Part shown: in pieces, positions 55,781 through 64,000 of the stretch
How the letters are laid out: every line of letters begins with the position of its first letter
Position numbering within the stretch: position 1 is the first letter of the stretch
DNA from: Syncephalis fuscata S228
Taxonomy: Eukaryota; Fungi; Zoopagomycota
DNA length: 64,000 nt
Direction: 5' to 3'
Assembly (NCBI GenBank): GCA_025786725.1
Contig: JAHLTZ010000001.1
Span: 941,273-1,005,272 of the forward strand
Made by a program: the position numbers and the translations under genes
The notes under the pieces: generated by a model
Seen by the model: only the letters and a program-made list of their open reading frames with translations
The model's database searches: none
What the model was told of the DNA's origin: nothing

Positions 55781-56997
55781 TCTCCGCACTACACTAGTAT
55801 ACAGCCGCCTATTACGGGCAGCCATATAATTGTTGAGCCAGTATAATACAGCAGTCTGCAAATACTGTATTGCACATTCAACACAGCTCAAAAGCAAGAA
55901 CACAGTATATCGTGATCAACCAACAAGGGGACCCCACACCACTGGATGTAACTACTAGATTTAATGCTAACCATTAACAAACGGTTTACAGCACATTAAC
56001 AACTAGAAACAGGAGAAGGCGAAGTAATGAGCAAAAGTAATCTCAACACAGCCTTATAAAATTGCCCCAAAACATATCTACCAATTAGAATGGACAATAT
56101 TGGTAAATAGTATGTGGTAGCTGCTCATTGGCGTATTGCAACTGACTGAAACCTTCTAATGCAGATACCATCTTATCAGTAAATTGGATTATAATCCCTT
56201 CCTTATTTCCATATTCAATCACTTTTTGCCTTCCATTTGCCGGTCATTTCCGCGCATAATCAGCATATCTACACTGGCTAGTTGAATCAATTGGCCAATA
56301 CAACTGAAACATAGCCAAATGCAACCATTCTTAATCAGTTGTACCACTATAATAGCGGCTCTTTCCGATGCTATCAATATTTTCAGGGTCTAGCGGGTAT
56401 TTTTGCTTTCCCCCAAGTATTCTTGCCATTCGCACACAATTAAATCAGTCGATCCACACAATTTATTACTGTATTAGTTAAATAAAAATGACTACTTTTC
56501 TTTAGAAATATGGTCTATAACATAATTCACCGATTGAGTTTCAATGCCACTAAATAGAAATAAAATACACGTTGTTCATATTACACTACAAAGTCCGTTA
56601 AAGTTATGAAGTAAAAACAGGAATAAACACGTAACCATATCGACTGCAAAGGCCAACATGAAAACCAGTATGATGTGGCACATGCATGCTTAGCCAAGTG
56701 ACTATATAAAATACCGATATGCGCAATAGTTTGCTATACAGCTTAGGACTGAGCTATAGCATCAGTAAGCAGAACATACTACAGCAAATGCAGCGCTAGA
56801 CTATTTGTACAATAAAGTATTATTGCTTTACTACCCTCAATACTGACTGATATTATAATATTGTGTGTCTTTAAATTTATGAATAACACAACGTATTGAA
56901 TCTTTCGCTTTATCTTTTGCTACCACTTTACTTCAGTGCTCTTTTTTTACGTTAAAACTAGTCATTCATACCACTTGTATTTGATATTTGTACCATC

Positions 56998-59397
56998 ATG
57001 AACTCTTCAAATACTGAGCAATCCTCTATTTCGCTTTCAAATGCTAGTATTTACATGCCGCTTTCCACTCCTCGTGTCGTAGCAGTAGCTTCTGCTGGAC
57101 ACTCTTCGGGTCTTTTACAAAATGAAGACCTTATGTATACAAATGTTCCAAACTGCTGGAATGATTTGTCTGCAGAAAAGCGCGCTAGCGCTGTTGCATG
57201 GATTCAAGTATGCGACTTGACATCCAAAGGTATGTTATGCTAGTACTGAGTATCTATATAGCTAAGTACTGGATTTTTAGAATTTGTTTTGGCCGCCGAT
57301 AAACAATTCTACGCTGGACCTGGTATCTGCTGGTAACTATTTAAAAAATGTACATAACGGTAAATTAACAGTATATTGTACTTCAAATAGCGACTATCAA
57401 CTAGATGCTGAATTCCAGCCTCAGTTTTGTTTTCAAGTATCAGTAGTAAGTACACCATATTTTTAGCAAACCAATATTAATTATTAATAGGCACAGCACA
57501 ATGATACCATTACAATTGCAGTAAGTAAATGGTTATTTAACAGCTTTATTACTAATCAAATATTCAGAACTGCGGTTTACCAATAGTAATGGGTTAGTTT
57601 GAATAGTAATGTTAATTAAATTGCTAACATTTGGTTTAGTAAACGACGCTGAAGTTCGTATGGACCAAGCAAAAACAGCCATTGGTAATTGTGTCATTAC
57701 AATACCTGGCTGTACGAGTAAGTAGTAACTATTTTTATTATAATCATTATTAACCATGTAAAACAGCTGTGTTCAATATACATGTTGTTAAACGCACTCC
57801 CCCTGCCCAACTAAATGACAACTCAGTATTAAAACAAGTAGTTTATAATATATTTAAATATCATTAGCATATAACTTTTATTATGCTGTAGAGAATCGAC
57901 ATAAATACTTATCATGGAAGAAATCCTTGGCAAGTAAGTACTTAAATTAAACAAATAGTTAGATAATAATATATTATTTGTAACAGGGGCGGGTATGGTA
58001 CAGTGTACCTGGGAAGAGACCGAGCGACGCGTGAGCGCGTCGCAATCAAGATCTCACCGGCTGATGAAGACACCAGCAGCTTCGACAATGAAGTTAAAGC
58101 TTTGGAGTGGGTGGGCAGCCACTCTCGAATCATAAAGCTGCTGGATGCCAAGGCCACTCCCGTCAACACGTATTTAATTCTTCAATACGTGGCGGGCGGT
58201 GACCTAAGTCACTACCTGAAGCATCATGCTTCACTTCCAGAGATGGAAATAAAACATATCTTCAAACAGTTGCTTGAAGGGATTCAAGTAAGTATTATTA
58301 CAAAATATCAATTAAAACACTAACACTTTATTAGTTCCTTCACAGCAAAGATGTAATCCACCGTGGTAAGTACACTATATATTTATTAGCACAATTACTA
58401 ACTACTGTTATTACTGTTATTACTATTACTATTTAGACATAAAAGTAAGTAATTATTTGATATACATGACCATTATTAACATTTGAATAGCCTAGCAATA
58501 TATTGCTGCTAGGTGGTTGCGAAGGTCCCAATGTTCTTTATGCAGACTTTGGGATTGCGCACATCCTGCGCTCGTCGACAACTGTCGACACGTTTGGCGG
58601 CACCACTCCCTATATGGCACCAGAGGTGCTGTTTGGGACAAACAAGCGCGAGTCTTTGCTTGATATCATCAACGAAGACTCGCGTCTTAAAAGCCAATTA
58701 ACACCAGCACTGCTGGATGTTAGTGGCTGTGGGAAGGCCGCGGACATGTGGAGCCTGGGCGCGGTGCTCTACAAAATGTTCTTCAGTAAGTACAAATAAA
58801 AGCAAAATACTATACTAACTATTACATACTGCCATTTAGAAACGTGTCCTTACGGCGACGGTGGTGATGTGGAACAGTATATGAAAAATATACTGCAAGC
58901 TTCGGTCCCGTTTGGCCAGGAACAAACAAATGGGCCAAGTAAAAAAGGTAAGCTTACTATGTCTTTATTAACAGTAACTAATATTTCGCAGCCGTTGACC
59001 TGATGCAGCAGTTGCTAAATATCAACAGCGACAAGCGGCCTACGGCCGAGCAGGCACTGGCCTGCCCTTGGCTTACTGGTGAAGACTTGACACCAGAAGC
59101 CGCAGAAGAGCCAGTAGCAACAACATCAGCAACTGCTACACCTATAGTAGTTGCACCAATAGTAGCAACAATACCACCAGCAACAGCAACAGCAATGGCA
59201 CCATACCATCACCACCAATAACAACAACAACAACACAAGCAGCATCTGGGCCAACAACAAAGAAGCAGCGGCTAGCGCCTAAGCTTTTACAGCGACGCCG
59301 CCTAAAACGCCGATGCTACTCAAAATACAAATCACAAGGTGCTGCCAAACGGTCGATTCCCCTCCGAAAATGCCGCCTCAATAAAGGTGCATATTAG
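56998..59397 (+). CDS. CAMK-group Ser/Thr kinase with a degenerate FHA-like N-terminal domain and a basic C-terminal tail
   Basis: Spliced motifs LGKGGYGTV, VAIK, NEV, HRDIKPSN, DFG, GTTPYMAPE, ADMWSLG and KRPTAEQAL. Two 1-nt indels (near 57905 and 59205) must be restored for a full ORF. Confidence 0.85.
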
Positions 59398-59559
59398 TTA
59401 AAAGGTAAGAACTCATTAACAGTCAAGCAAATCATAATGCTAACTATCTAATATACTTAGTTGCTTTACATCATCTATTCATTACCTGTATGTTACCAAT
59501 AAATATTGTAAATATTTTATTTAGTATATAAATCATTGTTTCATTTTTATAATGCAATA

Positions 59560-59800
59560 AAATTGATATGTTTTAATGCTTTTGGTGTCAAATGACTTTA
59601 TTCTTTTAATACATTCGCTGTTATACTGACAACATGTTCTATGATGATGAGTGTTTTTTGGGTGTAAATGATTTTTATTCTTTTAATTGATCTTTTAATA
59701 TACTGAATATATGTTCTATAATAATGAGTAGTTTTGGTGGTAAAATGACTTTTATTCTCAATGCCTTTATTTCTTTACTATTAATCTGTTCTATGATGTA
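59560..59800 (+). repeat. Three ~76-bp tandem units related to the outer part of the long-TIR arm
   Basis: The pattern ttgg(t/g)(g)t(c/g)..aaatga(c/t)tt(t)attc ... tgttctat(g/a)at occurs three times. Confidence 0.75.
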
Positions 59801-61264
59801 CCGACATGTTGGGTAGATTGACCTTTATTATTTACACTCCATTTATTAATGAATTAAACTCGGCAGTTTATAAATATTGACTGACAGGCTTACATCTCAC
59901 AATCTACATCATCACATTTCCCTTTCTCTTTCTTCACACTTGACAGCATATACCCATTGCATATACTTGTACACTCCATATATGCTAACTAGATAGTGTT
60001 AGTAGTTGCCTGACTACTAGTCAAGTACAAACACTATTTACATTACTCTCTTGCATTACTCTTTTGTAATCTGACTCTTTTTTGCAAAACAGCTTTTTCA
60101 CTTTGATCATTAACGTTGACACCTTTATTAACTTGGTAAAGCACATTTTTAACTTGTTTTTATGTTGTGTTGTTAAGCATATACTTTGTTTTTGCTATGG
60201 AATATTATTGCAGATCATTTGGCAATAGCATGTGCAATCTCAACTGTGGTAGCGCGATCTGCTACTACAGAGACTCTACAATATGTTGTTAACATGATCT
60301 ACAGTAACAATCTATAGCAAACTAAAGAATACAATGATCTTGGCTGCATATAGGCTGCATGTTGTACCAAAGGTTATAACATTGTAAACTGCATGCTTAC
60401 TAAAATTAATAACTGCCAAAAAAACTTTAGACGGCATATAGGCCATATGCTAGTATATTTATTAAGATATATATAATATAATGAACAGTGAGTAGTGCTA
60501 GATTGATAACTATTATGATTTGTTGCTACTATACTATGATTGCATTTTACTTTGCTCCCACATCTGTCCCCAAAGCACAATTCGTTCCAATCGAAGTTAT
60601 GCCATTATTATGTACAATATAGTTATATCGATTTCTATTAAAATATTGTTAATAAATTGATTTAAATAAACAATGTAACATGCTAGTTGATTTTTTTTGA
60701 ACATTTGAGGTTAATTATTATTGTTGTTGGCCATGTATAAAAAGATTGATCAAACATTAATAGAAGCCATATGATCGCGATTCCATGTCGTTACTCATTA
60801 CTTCTGTTGTTTGTTTGTCATACTGCGCATCAAACTGTTATATGATTTATTTATTTTCTATCTTGTTTCTGTTTACTTGAACCACATTTGCATATTGTAA
60901 CAATTATATTTAATAATCGCAATTATTTTATTCTTTTTATACTTGTGGACCATTTTCAACAAAGATATTTAACAATTCAGTGTAAAAAGCCTTTTATTTT
61001 ATTGAATGTTATTTCAACTTCAACTAATACCGTAATGTGCATATTTAATTACATTATTGTATTAATAATTACACATGAATTGATTAATGTTGGATGCAAT
61101 ATTATACATGCTATAGTAATGAGTGAATGTTTAATGGTATTTAAAAGTGTTGAAGTGTGGAATGGATAAATAAAAATGTGAGTCAAAGTACAGTAGCTTC
61201 CTCCAATTAATGGATCAATAAATGATATTGATAATAATGTTAATCCATGTTATTGCTGCTATAG

Positions 61265-61415
61265 TAGAGTATTCAAGATATTATATTTGGGCAACTGGTG
61301 TCGCTTATTACTCAGCTTTATATTTACTAAAAATAATGTTAGTTCAATTATGCAAATAAATCAAATGTAATCTTTTGATTCCCAAATCATATTAAAATCA
61401 ATAAAATTTATTATT
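61265..61415 (-). repeat. Inverted arm of the long-TIR family, possibly the partner of 59560-59800
   Basis: gttcaattatgcaaat..cccaaatcatattaaaatcaataaaattt matches the right arms of copies A and D. Confidence 0.6.
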
Positions 61416-61478
61416 TAAAGGTAGTCGTAATAAAAGTGACGTTTTGCTTAATACAGCTACTTTTACTTGACTTTTAAC

Positions 61479-64000
61479 ATGTCGCTACTTCGACTGCCAT
61501 TCCAACGAGAGATCTTTACTGAATTGCTAAATGAAGACGGACTATTAGTACTAGCTAAAGGTCTAGGCGTTCTACCTATTCTTGTTACTTTATTACAATT
61601 GCCAGTAGAGCGAAAAACACTTGTACTGTTACTGAATGTATCCAGCGTTGAAGAACAAGAACTGCAACTAGCACTGGCCGAGTTAACTGGCGGTCAGACG
61701 ACGATTAAAGTATTAAAGAATGACACGATGGCAGAGGATCGGTAAGTAGACGCGCCACAGTTATAGCTAGCTAGTATAGCGAGTACTAACACTATACAAT
61801 AGTGTAGCCGCCTATAATCAAGGTGGTCTACTTTCAGTTACTTCGCGTATTCTAGTCGTTGACATGCTTAAGAAGCGTGTGCCTATTACACTGATTACTG
61901 GTGTTATTGTGGTGAATGCTCACAAGTAAGTAGTATAGTTGGCATTCATTGATGTTAATGTGTTTAGAGTGACCGGTCATTCATTAGAAGCATTTATTCT
62001 GCGACTTTATAGAAATGAAAATACGGTAATTTATAGTATAGTAGTGCCAATGTATACTGTGTATTGACTATTAATTAGAATGGCTTTTTAAAAGCACTAA
62101 GTGAAGTGCCTGAAGGATTTAGTGGAGGATTTGCACCATTAGAGAGCTCACTTAAAGCACTGCAATTACGTAAAACCCTGTTATGGCCACGGTAAACTAA
62201 ATTATTAGTTGTATTGTTGTTATTAAGTATGTTTAATAGATTCCATGTTGATGTAAAAGCATCATTGGATACATCAGCTAAAGTCATTGAATTACGACAG
62301 CCTATGACAGAGCGTATGAAACAGATACAAAGTGCTATTATTGATTGTTTAGATGCCTGTCTTGGTGAATTAAGACGAGCACATATTGCGGTAATTAGTA
62401 GATTAAAATTATATTATATATATATTTATTATATGTATGTATATCTATATGTATATATATATATGTATATGTATGTGTATATAGTTGGATGTAGAACAAT
62501 TGACGGTAGAGAATGCACTGTTAAAGTCGTTTGATGTTATAATCCGCCGACAATTAGATCCATTGTGGCATCAAGTAAGCCAAAAGACAAAGCGACTTGT
62601 TTATGATATGCAAATACTACGCCAACTTTTAATGTAAATTGAATTTTATAATAATCGTATTGTACTCACAGAATATGATGACTATGGATAATAGATATCT
62701 TATTAGTTATGACTGTGTAGCCTTTAATGCTTATCTGGATACATTACTGGCTAGTCAACAACCAGTAAGTGCAGGGGCATTCCCACAACCACCTTCACCG
62801 TGGATGATGATGGATGCGGCGAGTGTACTATTCAATGTAAGTAGTTATTATAGTAATTCGATTGAATTACATTACAGCTATTTATTATTCATTATAGGCA
62901 TCTCGTGAACGTGTTTATCGACATCAAGATGGTGCACTGTCTATCACACGTCGATTAGCGGCCATTTCAGATACTGACCAATACCAACTGGTATCGATCT
63001 TGTTTTAGAAGAACAGCCCAAATGGGCACTACTACGTAATACATTAATGGAAATATATGAGACAGCTGAATATAAAGGTTGGTATTAGCGTAGTTGAATT
63101 GAATAGCGGAGTAATCGTATTTCAATAGGACCTATTCTTGTTATGGTACAGGATGCTAGACGCACAACACTAGAACGTACTGGGTACGACAGAAAGCGGC
63201 GAGTGTAAAGACAGCAGCACAGACATGTTATACACTGCAGCGTAGTTATTGTTCGTTGGAAGCAACAACTATCTAAAAAGCTATCTTCTACAACAAATGG
63301 TGCAGCTACTACGCTACAATCCCATGCTGATGGTAACAATTAATATACAATTAATATATACTTATTAATACTTTGTTTATTAGTACGTAATCTAAATAGA
63401 CCTGGGTACAAGCGACAGGCACAACAACCAGCCAATAAAAGAAGACGGGTTCGTGGCGGAGGGAACAGTACGGGTCGTTCATCTATAGCATCGCCTTTAA
63501 GTAGTGGTACTGCCCCTATGGGAACAACATCTAGTGCTACAAGATCTGAAATTAGCTATTGATGATATGCCATCGGTGAATCTAGCATCAATGACCGATA
63601 CAGCGTTATCCTTACATGACACTGTAGAGGATATGAATACAATGACTAGCGATGCAATATCTACTAATACTGCATTGACACCATCAGATGTACTCGATGA
63701 TACAGTAACATTAACTGATGATGATCACTTGTTAGTAATTAGACCTGTGACGGGTAGTGCTGATGCTCAATTACTAAAAGATTTACAGCCTAGACATATT
63801 ATCTTGTATGATCCTATTCCTGTACTTGTCGACAGGTAGAGGTAAGTTTTACTGGCATTGTTTAATACCCCTGAATAACATCTAGCAGATCTATCAAGCG
63901 CTTTATCCAGAGAAAGCAGCTAGTGTGTATTTTATGCTGTATGAAAACTCGTTGAAGAACAGCGCTATCTTAGTGATATTCGACGAAAAAACTTGCATTT
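61479..64000 (+). CDS. RAD1: XPF/Rad1 (ERCC4) DNA-repair endonuclease, 5' part; runs off the window
   Basis: Contains [74 protein letters not shown] and [11 protein letters not shown]. Confidence 0.95.

Noticed and set aside
12950-63990. Programmed frameshifting, RNA editing or an alternative genetic code
   Set aside because: The breaks I could reconstruct are mostly single-base losses in A/T runs with no common slippery-site-plus-stop motif. Intact genes end normally in TAA, TAG and TGA.
1-64000. tRNA, rRNA or snRNA genes; an autonomous transposase
   Set aside because: None was recognisable by eye. A covariance-model scan would be needed to exclude small RNAs.

Overview
Eukaryotic, AT-rich DNA with many short (~45-80 nt) introns. 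Protein sequences and intron style point to an early-diverging fungus; Zoopagomycota is plausible but inferred. There are three gene-dense blocks. The first (0.2-26.3 kb) holds Phe-tRNA synthetase beta, ornithine aminotransferase, a UPF0658-like membrane protein, a peroxisomal SDR, a thiol/halide methyltransferase, an ABCC transporter, an F-box protein, adrenodoxin reductase, a USP protein and a GH47 mannosidase. The second (39.7-49.3 kb) holds SF1/BBP, a Vps3/TGFBRAP1-like gene and Sec6. The third (61.5 kb to the end) holds Rad1/XPF. Between them lie two gene-poor accessory islands (~26.4-39.6 kb and ~49.4-61.4 kb). These contain a family of long-inverted-repeat non-autonomous elements, other hairpin/MITE-like elements, tandem arrays, a pair of small secreted peptide genes with a shared signal peptide, and three copies (one near-intact, two decayed) of a degenerate-FHA Ser/Thr kinase family. 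The clearest unexpected signal is a U12-type AT-AC intron in the Vps3/TGFBRAP1-like gene, implying a minor spliceosome. Many genes carry 1-nt frameshifts in homopolymer runs, most likely assembly errors. All alignments were done by eye; no database searches were run.
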